Origin: a virus
Taxonomy: Duplodnaviria > Caudoviricetes
DNA length: 61,489 nt
IMG/VR virus record: IMGVR_UViG_3300042567_000475
Coordinates: 1 to 61,489 of that record
Strand: one strand, 5' to 3'
Positions 37,001 through 47,900 of this stretch are shown piece after piece. Below the pieces are notes generated by a model. That model did not search any database, was not told the DNA's origin, and saw only the letters and a list, made by a program, of their open reading frames with translations. The position numbers and the translations under genes were made by a program. Position 1 is the first letter of the stretch. The number at the start of each line of letters is the position of its first letter.

Positions 37001-38323
37001 TGTAAAAATGTTATTAAAGTTTGCAATGCTAATTGCTCCATTTGAAACTGAAAGAGATCCTACAGGAAGGCCCATGCTTTGATTTGCAATAGATTTTGTT
37101 ATGTCAAATGACTCTGTATAATTTGAAAGGTTTACTACTAGTCTGGGAGATATTTCTATAACATCTAATGAAGAATCTGAAGAGTTCATTGTTTTTACAA
37201 CCACTCTAATCCCCCTTATTTGTTCAAACTCTGTAAAAAAATTCTCTCCATTAACTGTGTAGTAGATTGGATCTGATGGCTCTGTTACTGTTCCATTAGT
37301 CTTAACGATAGTTTCTTCATATAAGGACCATCCATAACTAACACTAGAGGTAGTCCATTCTGAACCGTCCCATATTTTTAATACACCTTGTGGGTTTGAG
37401 TCATCATCAACAATATATGCATAGCCCACAAGAGATCCCTGGTTGGGAAGCAAGGATGTAGTTGTTCTTCCAAGATAAGTAAATGTTGTAGCAAATCCTA
37501 GTGGGACTTTGATTCCATAAAAAATTTCTAAGTGACCATCTTTGGGAATTATTGGAGAGTCGTCTAGTCTTAAAGAGTTTTCATTAAACTCAATTGCATC
37601 TACCCAAGAGCTTCCCTTTAGTACTTGTATTTTAAATCTTTGTGGAACTGTAGCGTTTGAGTATGCAAAGAGAGGGTCTTCAATTACTAAGTCCCCTGAA
37701 GTTCTCATGCTGCCAAGGTTAACTGATCCTACGTTTGTTTGAATCTTTACAACAATTCTATTTGCATTTACAGGATTCTTATAAACAATAAATGGACAGG
37801 CATCATCAATACCATACCCATCTATCCCGATAGCAGCGGGAGTTGAAATTCCTCTCTCTGTTCCATTTTCTGTTCTGTAAGAACTCCAATATTTAAAGTA
37901 ATCATTACGAGAGGGCATGTAGTATCTTGGCCTATCGCCAGATCTAACATTGTCAATATATGATCCCGCTAAAAATCTTGCTTTATTTATTCCAGACCTT
38001 GGTCTAAATGGAAGAAGGCAGTCTCCCAGAGAGTAGTACAAGTCTTTTGTTTTATCTACAACAGAAAAATTTTCATCTTCAGTATCTGAGTACTCTTTGT
38101 ATGAAAGCTCAGCTTCTGTATAGTAGTCTCCAGTATCAAACTCATCGTATGTAGATATTGCTTCCAGGAACTTTGCTTCTGTCCCAAATGGGCGGTAGCG
38201 ATAGTTTCCAACTCTAGAAACATTATCTAAATCATTTAAATTAAACTCAGCTAAGATGAGAGAGGATATCTTTAATGAGTGACTATTGGAAAACGCATCT
38301 TGTAGGTCTGAGTCCTCAAACAT
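34028..38323 (-). CDS. Large tail-tip / hub protein
   Basis: 1431 aa, second gene after TMP; FFDEY, C-terminal YG...IQ...A...P.LQLGDIV. Confidence 0.75.
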   Translation of the reverse strand: MFEDSDLQDAFSNSHSLKISSLILAEFNLNDLDNVSRVGNYRYRPFGTEAKFLEAISTYDEFDTGDYYTEAELSYKEYSDTEDENFSVVDKTKDLYYSLGDCLLPFRPRSGINKARFLAGSYIDNVRSGDRPRYYMPSRNDYFKYWSSYRTENGTERGISTPAAIGIDGYGIDDACPFIVYKNPVNANRIVVKIQTNVGSVNLGSMRTSGDLVIEDPLFAYSNATVPQRFKIQVLKGSSWVDAIEFNENSLRLDDSPIIPKDGHLEIFYGIKVPLGFATTFTYLGRTTTSLLPNQGSLVGYAYIVDDDSNPQGVLKIWDGSEWTTSSVSYGWSLYEETIVKTNGTVTEPSDPIYYTVNGENFFTEFEQIRGIRVVVKTMNSSDSSLDVIEISPRLVVNLSNYTESFDITKSIANQSMGLPVGSLSVSNGAISIANFNNIFTEANIFNGLTGSIVSEYARQNTKFVIYETILNVNGYDKYVPIKTFYAEEFPRPSGGDSTISIPLRDLFFRLETTNAPSVLTQETTLTYAISTMLDYIGFSNYSFRNITSANDPILPFFFVEPNVSVAEILQRLAVATQTAMFFDEYNNFIVMSKEFLFPDATDRETDMILLGNDDTIANIESISDNQTRIINSGQIMYTIRYIQREVSSLSSMLKLDSERVYKYKPVLLWEVAATDETKTINEANKVSSGYALGAMALNNPISASAPYVANRQVVNNIIDFGESVYWLPRFQGYLYANGEIIRFDAVEYSVPSSAEPVVWISSNQEYQKYFGSLAFNGKMFPTGRVRIYSEPYYENVNESAILKNGDVRVHGRNQFGTEITFHSAGLNPYWSDNDNTYGLKMYSDLIFSNKPTASIVNPVISTTQRVELAEINTVARKSKRNGIIKNFMSSKVFAEGEVNNLLVTDSGAVQSSALVITGPASDPVVPSPRDLVSYVYKDLSTNFSFRSFGTRMRIIGKVNRNSGQISNGSSNYFSLQSPSNPSSFGVNASSGGMGIMVDPTNGSGYYFEIASLNETNIDSYILADDSEEINSTLHNIIFYKVNKNVKVGDTANSPATPIKLWGGLSNILVDSGFFVGQDRIATTEESTVYDLSIEYESLSGGGIRFYLYINNILIQIVNDTSPLPINTSMALFVRGSSHCMFENMYALDDLVAKNTNSQISQTNNVFDENGISTSEFLRKYAISGMVQSTYLTGISPDTNTQYKVYFEEFGTIMRECAHFNIKYDLAYPSFYSKIAKTFSNDRGYTVSKFYGGAYESEFLIFNSSDKAIVLDETTGNYLRILGITFTQNTTQVLSVDKYFNKLSNYSDPSYQGNEITSPNISLQKYNKIKASRSRYGLKEFSLESMYIQSEDDANSLMGWLIEKTMEPRREIVINTFPMPHLQLGDIVTIDYMMPGEIEYVDPETRFVVQDISYSRSLDGPGQSIKVVEII

Positions 38324-38904
38324 TAAACTTCCTCAAGACTAACAGATATATCCCACATGTCATAATTTGTTCCGCCACGTTTAATTACGTCATGGTCAAA
38401 TGAGGAAAAGAATACCTGTAAAACTTGATTATATTCTGCTAAATGACCATAGGTATTTTCAGTAAACTCATTGTATTTATCATATGCAAGAAGAATATAA
38501 AACGATCCTGTATGATTTTCATACCAATTTACAATGTCTACGCCTCCAGCTCCTAAGTCTGCTGTGAAATCTTCTACATTGTTGGTCAATACGCCAAGAT
38601 CAGAAAATGTTGCAGATGCGGAAAATGCACGGGAAGGCAAAAGATTCCATGAAAAAGAAAGTCTCTGTTTATCTGCTATGTGATAAGATCTCATAGTTCC
38701 ATTAATCATTCTTTTTTTGTTCTCTATTCTTTCACAAGATATAGAAATCTCTGATCTATTGTGGTCAGAAAGAATTATAAAGTCTTCAAATTCTGTGCCA
38801 ACTGGAACAAACTTTCCATTGCTTTTTTCATATGCATCAGCCCAGACAATTGCTTGGGGTCTTGAATAAGCAGATCTTCCAGCCATATATAAACTATTAG
38901 CCAC
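38323..38904 (-). CDS. Distal tail protein-like
   Basis: Directly after TMP; RMINGTMR...SW...ISVSLEEV. Confidence 0.65.
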   Translation of the reverse strand: MANSLYMAGRSAYSRPQAIVWADAYEKSNGKFVPVGTEFEDFIILSDHNRSEISISCERIENKKRMINGTMRSYHIADKQRLSFSWNLLPSRAFSASATFSDLGVLTNNVEDFTADLGAGGVDIVNWYENHTGSFYILLAYDKYNEFTENTYGHLAEYNQVLQVFFSSFDHDVIKRGGTNYDMWDISVSLEEV

Positions 38905-41900
38905 GGATGTTATTACTCCTTATACCTTTATTTTCAGTCATTTTAATCTTTTGCATCACGGCGTTTGCTACATCATTTGCATCCATGTCGGAGCCATTTA
39001 ACGTTACGTTTACATTATAATTATACATTGATCCAGACTTTTCTGTTTTATTAGAAGAATTGAAAGAGTTAGTTTTCATAGTTGGGAAGACTTGACCATT
39101 TAGTAATTCTAGTAAAGGTCCATATTGTTCTGCAACTCTTTTTCTTACAACAAATTCCCCTGGGGTGAGCAGAGCTGGAACCTTGTCTGTCATTCCTCTT
39201 CCAGGAACGATAGATCCATATGCATATTTTTTAGCTGATCCTCCATACATCATTCCTGGAGCACGTTCTGTAGATCCTTTGTAATTTACCATTCCACCTA
39301 TAGCATAATTAGAAATAAAACCACCAAAAGCTCTGTTTGCTGCTCTTGCTTTTGCTGCATTTGCTGCTGCTCTTACTGCTGCTGCTGCATCTGCTGCCCT
39401 ATCTGCTGCTGATGGTCCTGCTACTCTTTTTGCCGCTGCTTCCGCTGCTGCTCTTGCCCTGTCTGCTGCTGCCGCTGCTGCTGCTTTTGCTCTTTGTGCT
39501 TCTGCTTCATTTGCTTTTGCTTGCGCTGCTGCTCTCGCTTTTGCTGCATTTGCTGCTGCTTCCGCTGCTGCTCTTGCTGCTGCTGCATCTCTTACTGCTG
39601 CTGCTGCATCTGCTGCCCTATCTGCTGCTGATGGTCCTGCTACTCTTTTTGCCGCTGCTTCCGCTGCTGCTCTTGCTGCTGCTGCCAATCTTGCTGCATC
39701 TGCCAATCTTTGTGATTGATCTGCTGTTGGTGTTGGTGCTGATGGTGCTGATGGTGTTAATGTTTTTACTGGTGGTATATTAACAGAATTCGATCCCCCT
39801 CCACCGCTACCGCCGAGGTACCCGCCACCAGTGGTTAGGGCTGGACCAGCTGGATTTAAAAGCATCCCGCTTTGACCAATAGGGTAAGGGTCGGGTGCTG
39901 GCTCTGCTGGTGTTGCTTCTGTCTCCCCAGCATTATCTCCTGGAATAGTTTTGTTTAAACGATCTTGATCCTTTTGGAGATCTTTTAATTTAACTCTAAG
40001 ATTTTCTAGCGCCTCTGCAGCGTTATTATATTTTGTTGCAAGCCTATCGGCTTCATTATTTATTTGTATTTGCAAGTCATATATTTTATTTTCAGCAGGT
40101 AGTATTTTAGTACTTTGAATTATATAAATCTCATCTTGAATTACTCTTTGTCTCATCTGAAGATCTTCAATATCTTTATTAATCTTTTTCTTTTGCTTTT
40201 CTATTTCAAGAATTTTATTTTGAATGTTTTGAGTTGCTTTTTCTTTTTGAGACTCAAGAGCAGATCTTGCCTCTTCTCTACTTTGTCTGGCAAGTTCTTG
40301 TGACATTCCCAAAGCACCTTGGGCTGCAGCAGCAACGTCACCACGGGAAAGTGCTTGAGCAACATCAAGTTGCCCCTGCTTAAGTTTTGCAATATTTTCT
40401 TCTCTGTTATATATTTCATCAAGAGCTTCAATTTGAGCATCATATGCTTCAGAAGTTTTATCAGATAGTTCTTGAAGCTTTTCTATTTGATCGTCAAGGG
40501 GTTCAAGTTCTCTTTGCTTAAGTTCAATGTTTCTACCAATTATATCAACTTCTTGTTGTTTTCCTCTAACAATCTTTTCTTGCCCGTCAATAATTTTTTG
40601 CTGAGCTTCAACCAGATCTTCAAGAGGTTTAACTATCTCAATCTCTTCAATCTGACGTTGAACATCTTTTATTTCCATAAGGTTGTCGCGTTTTTCTTGT
40701 TCAAGTCTGCCTGGATCTCTAGCATATTCTGCTGCTTTTAATTTATTATAAGCATCTGTAAGGAGTTCTACCTTTCCAGTAGCATCCCCTGCTTTTAATC
40801 CCGCTGCTGCCAGTGCAGCAGCTAACTCTGGAGTTTTTCCTTCATTAATAAAACCTAGTTCTGCAACTAATAATGATGTTTGAGTTTTCATGTCAGTAAT
40901 AGACCCTGAAATTTTTTGAGCTTGATTGATTATAGGAGCATCTCTTTCTGCTGCTTCTCTCGCTTCTTTAAAAGCTTGTAATTTTTGATTAATCTCCCTT
41001 TTTTCTTCTTTACTTGTTCCTTTATCTTTTAGTTTTCTTCTTAGCTGTTGAGCATAAAGAAGATCTTCATCAGAAATGAGTTCTCTAATAGCATTTATGT
41101 CATCTTCATATAGACCCTTGTCTGCTAATTTTTTATTGTATTGTGAAGAAAGAGCAGTTTTTTTAGACTCTTGAACCAATGCTTGTGGAGTTAATGCAGC
41201 CATTGCTGCGGCGTCTGAAATCTTTGTTTTTTGGTAATCAGCATATGCTGCCTTGACTTTTTCAAGTCCACCCTTGATAAGTTTTAGTCCTGCTGCACCT
41301 TGAGACCTTAAATATTCTAAAAATTCAGGTGCAAATGGGCCAGCTATAAAGTTTTTAAATCCTTTTTCATTTTGAAGATTTGATATACCTTTAAAGGTTT
41401 CCCCTGATAATTTTGCTTGTTCTTTAAGTTGTTGGGCTATTGACTTTTCTCCACCGCCACTACTACCTGAGCTAGATCCAGAGCCAGGAATTGGTGCAAC
41501 AGTTGCCTCTACTAATGCTTTTTCTGTACCTATTTGACTTTGCAAAGATGCAATTCTTTTCAAAATTATTTGTCTTGATTCTGCATCTGTCGCAGTTTTT
41601 AGTGCTGCCATTGCACTGTTTAATTGCATAACAAGTGATAAATTTTTAACTTCATATCCCATTCTTATTTCAATCATTTGTTCTTGAACAACTGGATCTA
41701 ATTTATCAAAGTTTTTAAATTGTTCTCTTAGTCCAGCTATCGCATTTGCTGCTGCTTCTTGTGGAGTTCCTCCTGCTATATTTTTTCCACTATAAGCAAC
41801 AGCAATATCTATCATTGCTTTTTTTCTAATTTCTGAATTACCACTTTCTAAGTCTTTCATGGCTTTGTTAAGTTTTATAACATTTTTTGATACTTGCTCT

Positions 41901-44900
41901 GGAGTAAGTGGTTTTCCTTCTGCGTCAAGGGTTAGAAATTCCATTGCTGCAGTCATATTAATATTTGGATTAAGATTTTCAATAATTTTCCATTGATCTT
42001 TTAATGTTTTTGCAGCAGCACCAAATTTTAATAAATCTGCTGGGTCTGTTGTGTCAATTTTCAAACCCTTTATCATTTCATCTGGCAAAGACATAATATC
42101 TTCCTGCGCTATGGTTAACTTTGTAATTGATGAAATCATTTCTGCTGGAGTATTTTCTCCTTCAGTTTGAATTACATATCTAATTACTTTTTCAACTACC
42201 CCACCTTCTGCTGCTCTAGCAAAAGCTTTGTTGATTTTTTCTGATCCATCTACTTCTCTAACTGCTTTTCCATAGGCATCACTTTTTTGAATTGCGACTG
42301 CCTGCTCTACTCCAACTGATCCTGAAAGAGATTGAAGTCCGAATGCAATGTCTGTTCGTCTTCTTTCTTGTTCTTCAGGAGAAATAATATTTCTTCCTGT
42401 ATCTCCAGTCTGTATTCCAGCAGACTTAAGCGTTTCTATACCAGTTTTTAGAAGATTTTCTGGTAAGGATGCAATATAATTTTCAATTAAAGCTGTATTT
42501 CCTCCAGCTGCTTCAAATTCCTTACCTATTGTAACAACATCACTTGACTGTCCCTTTGTAATTCCTGGAATATTTTGTGCAAACGTAATAAATTGTGCAG
42601 TAGCAATACTTGCTCCATCTCGCAATGCCTTAAGTGCATCAACGTTGTACATAATTTCTTGACCAAATTGAGCAGCTTGTTCAGCAGTCATGTCTCCAGC
42701 AAGTACGGATGCTTTAATTGCCTCATTTAGTCCCTCAAGATCGACCTCTCTTGCAAGATCTTGTGCTTCTTTTGATTCTTCAACTAAGGAGGTTTGTTGT
42801 GTAGAATCAAGTTCACCAAAAGATTTATCAAATTGTACATCTGCTTGTTGCTTAACAAATTCTTTTTGATAAGCTGATTGTGAGGGCGTTATTACATCTA
42901 CCATCCCCAATGCCGCCCCCACTAGGTTTCCACTAAGTAGGCTTAATGCAGGCCTCAAATAATCTTTTGATTCGCTAAAGCCAAGGGAAGATGTTCCAAT
43001 GTTTGTTGAATTAGTAATTGCACCTACCTGATCTTCTGTATAGCCTGCTGCAACCATTTGTTGATCCAGAGCTTGTCTTGCGGCACCTTGTTCAGCAGCA
43101 TTGCTAACAGATTTTTTAATAACATTTGTGTATTGTTCTTGAGCCGTTCTTGCTTCTGTTATTGCAGTATGATATTCGTTCCAACCAATTGTTCCTTCTG
43201 CGTATTGCTGTTCGGCAACTCCAATTACATTTCCATAATCTTGAATTATTTGTGTGGCTGCCCCTATAGCTCTACCAGCGGTTTCATTTGAAAGGCTTGC
43301 TTCCCCACTTGATACTGCAAGTTTTGCAAGAGAACCATCGGCATCAACTGCCGCTTTACGCATATCAGCAATTTCTTTTATAGCAGAAGTTCCAGTTTTT
43401 TGTCCTGATATAGATGAAACAGCTTGATTTGAAAGAACAGAGTCTCCAAGTTTTAATCCTACTGCTTTAGCAAAAGTAGTTGCTGCTTTCTGATCCATCA
43501 TTCCAGATGCTATTGCTGTCTTTAAATAATCTGATAGTTTTTGGAATCTTTCAGCAGATGTTGAATTTTGAAGATCTTCAATAAACTTTTGTCCAGCACC
43601 AGATTCAAATACCCCAGAGAATTCATTTGCGATTGTTGCTTCTTCTTCTGAAGAAATTCCCATTACTGCTTTTTGTCTGGCTTGTGCAGGAGTTTCTGTT
43701 CCTAGTACTTGTGCCATTGTATTTAATGCATTTGCAGTAGCACCAATATTTGCTCCAAACTCCGCTGCTTTAGTGGCAGCATCATCTACACTCTTTCTCC
43801 AAATATATAATCCAGCACCTACTGCTGCTAAAGCTGCTGCTACTGCTGCTGCTGGAAGTGCAATTGCAGCAAGTGGTGCTAGCATTGGTCCAAGCATTGG
43901 TAGCATACTGCCCATGCTAAGAGCCATTCCTCCAGCATTCATGGCTGCCCCTAGTCCTGCATTTGATTCACCAACAGAGCCTGCACCCATCATTAAGGCT
44001 CCACCAGCCATTCCTATGCCCATGGAAGCTCCCATGCCCTTCATTCCACCCATAGATTGAAGACCTCTACCAATGGCTGAGTTTGCTTTATTTTCTTTTC
44101 CAAATCCAAGTGTTCTTGAAGAAAATCCTCTTTGTCTTGTAGTTGTTGTTCTTCTAATTGCTATGGCACGACCAATTTCTCTTCCAATTGTTTTATCATC
44201 CATAGCATTTCTACCCAATACTGCGTCTGACTGATATTCATATATTGGGGAACCTTTTTGTGCAAGAGCCTTTGCCTTTTCTGGATCTTTAATTGGCTTT
44301 CCATCTGCACCAAATCCAATGATATCTCCACCTTCTGCATATCCCATTAAAGTTCCATTATTAACAGAGCGTAGTAAATCTAAATTCTTTTTTGTAGCAT
44401 CTTTATTGATAACAAATTCACCTGGAGTAAGTACTGCTGGTACTGTGTCTTTATTCCCTACCCCTGGAACTATGTTTCTAGATGTTTTTGTTGAATCAAA
44501 TATTTCTCCACCAATATTTCTCATCTGAGGAAGAATGCCACCCATGTTAAGTTTTGATACAACATTTGGATAAGATACTTCTCTTCCTCTTCCCCAGTTA
44601 ACAAAGGCAGCCATATTTTCAGATTCATCATAAAGTCGATCTAAGTCGGGCTTTGCTTTATCGCGGGAAACTTCTCCTCTAACAATTGCCATTCTTATTT
44701 TTTTAATTTCTTCTTTTGCCTTGTCGTATCTTGCTTGAGCTTCTTCTCTTTCTACAATTCTAGTTTTTGGCCTTCCCGTTAGTCTTGCACCTAAAAGGGC
44801 AACCTCTTTTTCGTCAAGGATTTCATTACTTGCTGCTGGATTATTTATTCTTTGTTCATCTCTGGGAACAATTCTTCCGCTTACATCAAAGTATTTTTCT

Positions 44901-47900
44901 CCCTTCTTTATAGAAGTTTTATAAATTGTAGGAATATTTGATTCTTGTAAATCATCAATAATCTTTTGATGACCAGCAATAAATTCTTGATCTCTTTTAA
45001 TTCTTTCTTCAAGTTTTTTCTTGTTGGCTTTCCAAATAACACCACCAGATGCTTGAATTTCTTCTGGAGTTAGTCTTAAACCTAATGCCCCATTTTCTTG
45101 ATTAAATGGAGACCATGTTTTCAAAGGGTGTGGACCATCTGGCCCCAAAGATCTTAACCAATCTATATCTCTTTTCATTCCTTGACTTCTTTGAGCAATT
45201 TGGAATTTTGAGTTATTCATTTTGTCAAATAATCTAGAGCTTTCTATAAATCTTCCAACACCCTTACCTGTTGACCAGCTAGAGACTTCCTTTAAAGTTC
45301 CTCCGCTTATTGGGTCAACAGATCCTCTTGTTATGTCTATCTTTTTTCTAGATGTAGACAATCCTCTTTTTATGTTTGCTGGGATGTTTTGCAACATGTC
45401 ATCTCTATTTGATTGACTAATAGATGTTGTCATTCTTGAGAACCATTCAACAATGTTTGCTGGGATGCGGCCTCTTGCACCTCTTGCTGCATTTGCTGCT
45501 GCAGCAATTCCTCCTCCTCCTAGCATTGAAATCATTCCACCCATATTAAGTTGGGACGATTCTGACATAACGTATCTTCCTGATGATTTTCCAGTGCTCT
45601 TTAATCTTGATGTTCCTTGCATTCTTAAAGAGTCGTATAGTTTTTCAGGAAGATTTCTTTTTAAAATATCTGTAAAGATATTATCAAATTCTCCTGGTTT
45701 AAGAGGTGTTTCGCCTATACTTCCAAATATATTTCGTGCATCATTGTATGATCTTTCTATTGCTGGAATAGATATTGTGTCTGGTATACCTAGTCTTCTT
45801 GCAGCTTCCAGCTGCAAAGAAAATGGATGAGCAGGAGTGTTTGCAAGATCGTTATAGATATCTTCTCCAGTTATCTTTCCAAAAGAAGGTCCACCTTTAA
45901 GACCTTGATTAACTCTTGGTGATTGCCAAATCATTAACCCTGGATGATAAGTTCTTTCATCATCAATTTTAATTCCCTTGGCAACGTGACCTCTTTGCAA
46001 AAATTCTGCAGACAACATGCTTTCGTCCAAAACATCTCTTCCAAGGCTAGAGCTTGAACCCATTATTCTTTTTCTATCATTTTTTTGCAATCCCCCTCCC
46101 GTACCCGTCAACCAACCTGGAAGCAAGCCCCGTGAACTTCCCGACAATCTTTGAAAGTTTTTCATTAACATTCCTATATTGGCATACTGTACTCCAGGAA
46201 TCATTCCACCCTTGTTTGCATGAGTGGCTTGACCAGATCCTCTTAGACCTGCATAATCAAGAACTCCTTCAGGTCTTCCTAGATTTCCAGCTTCTCTTCC
46301 TGCAAGGTTTCCAATATTTATCTGTCTACCATCCATGTCAACATAAAGATCTTTTTTATTTTTTCCTGATGAATATTGAATTCCTCTAGCATCTAGGGTT
46401 TGTTTTATTAGTGGCAAAGATGCATTTGCATTTACAGCATCTCCTTGAAGCACATCCCTTATAAAATCATTTCTTCTTGTTTTGGGAAATCCAGCAGAGT
46501 CTAAATATTTTCTTACAGCATTACGAGAGGCTTTTTCAAATCTTCCGTTAGTAATACCTGTCATTGGAAGTTTTAAGATTTCTTCTTTATAAATTCTGTC
46601 AAAAACATTTCTATCTAATTTTGCACCCAAATAACTGTCTAGCTGTTTTGCCAATGGGGAATAAACATCTGGTGTATTCAATTCTTTAAGAAGATTATCT
46701 CTTGTTAAATCCCCTCTCATCATAGCTAGGTTTGAGTCTTGAGACATTCTAAAAGTTAGGTTTCCACGAGTTTTTAATCCAAGCTGTTCTGGACTAAACC
46801 CAAGTCTTTCAACAGCAAATCTTAAAGTGTCTACCCTTACATTTTGTCCTTTTTGATATTTTCCAGTTAAAGTATTGTATAGGTCTTGTGAGCTTCTTGA
46901 GGATGCTGCGTTTGATGCTTGAGTTTTTCTAGTCCCCCCTCTACCGCCCATTGCAATTGGAATAGTTGCTGCCTCTTGTCTTTGAGTCTGTACTCTTGCC
47001 ATAACTCTTTGCATTGCAGCGGTCATACCTGCCCCACCACCAGTATTCAACATAGAGACTGGCTTTCCACTATTAATGGCATGAAGCAAAGAGAAGTTTT
47101 CCTGTGTGGCCTTTTTGTTTACTACAAACTCTCCAGGTGTTAGAACTGCTGGGACGGTATCTCTATTTCCAACCCCTGGAATAGTGCCTCCACTGTTTCT
47201 TGCAACTATTGGAAGAGGTCTGCCTGCAAGATTTGACGATCCTCCTCTAGCCCTAGTCATTGCTGCGCCAGGAATTGCAAATGCTCCTCCTGCGACTGAA
47301 GCTTTTGAGGCGTCCATCATTCTTGCAGCAAGAATTTGATAAGAAGCTGCTAATTCATCAACTGCTGTACTTGCTACTCCAGCAGCTAAAGGCTGGTCTC
47401 TTAATGCCATATTTACAAACTCAGTGGATTGTCCCAATTGCATTGCAGCGTTTGCTGCGTCCATTTCTGCAAGACTCATGTATTTTAATGTTTGACTTAC
47501 TGCCTGAATTGAACCAGATATTCCACCTTTTGTAAATCCCTTAAAGGCTACTCCAATAACATTTCCAAATTTAATAAGAGTTCCTGTTAGGTTCATTAAC
47601 AAACCTAAAAACATAGTTCCTGCTGGGATTAAAATACCAGTAATTACTGTTCCAAATCCAATAAACTTTTTAGCAAAGTCTGGTAAAGAATTAAATTTTT
47701 CTACTAGGCTTCCTAGAAATTCAAGAACAGGAATAGCTAGTTGAGTAAACATTTCTCCAATTGGAGCTATGGCAAGCTTTAGTCTTTCCATTGCTGCGAC
47801 AAATTTTGTTGCAGAAGAATCTTCAATAGCACCAAGTTCTTTTGTAGCAGAAGCAGCAAGTTGTGCTGCTGACAATGCAGCAGTATCCATAACTCGTGAA

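Noticed and set aside
39371-39676. DGR template/variable repeat pair or CRISPR repeat
   Set aside because: Copies are identical, in-frame coding, only two, and no reverse transcriptase is present
39337-39783. Leu-rich plus-strand ORF
   Set aside because: Antisense shadow of the TMP Ala repeat
45680-45710. LKPGEF as a fourth PGEFV module
   Set aside because: Lacks the flanking DTVPA and VNK residues; likely coincidental
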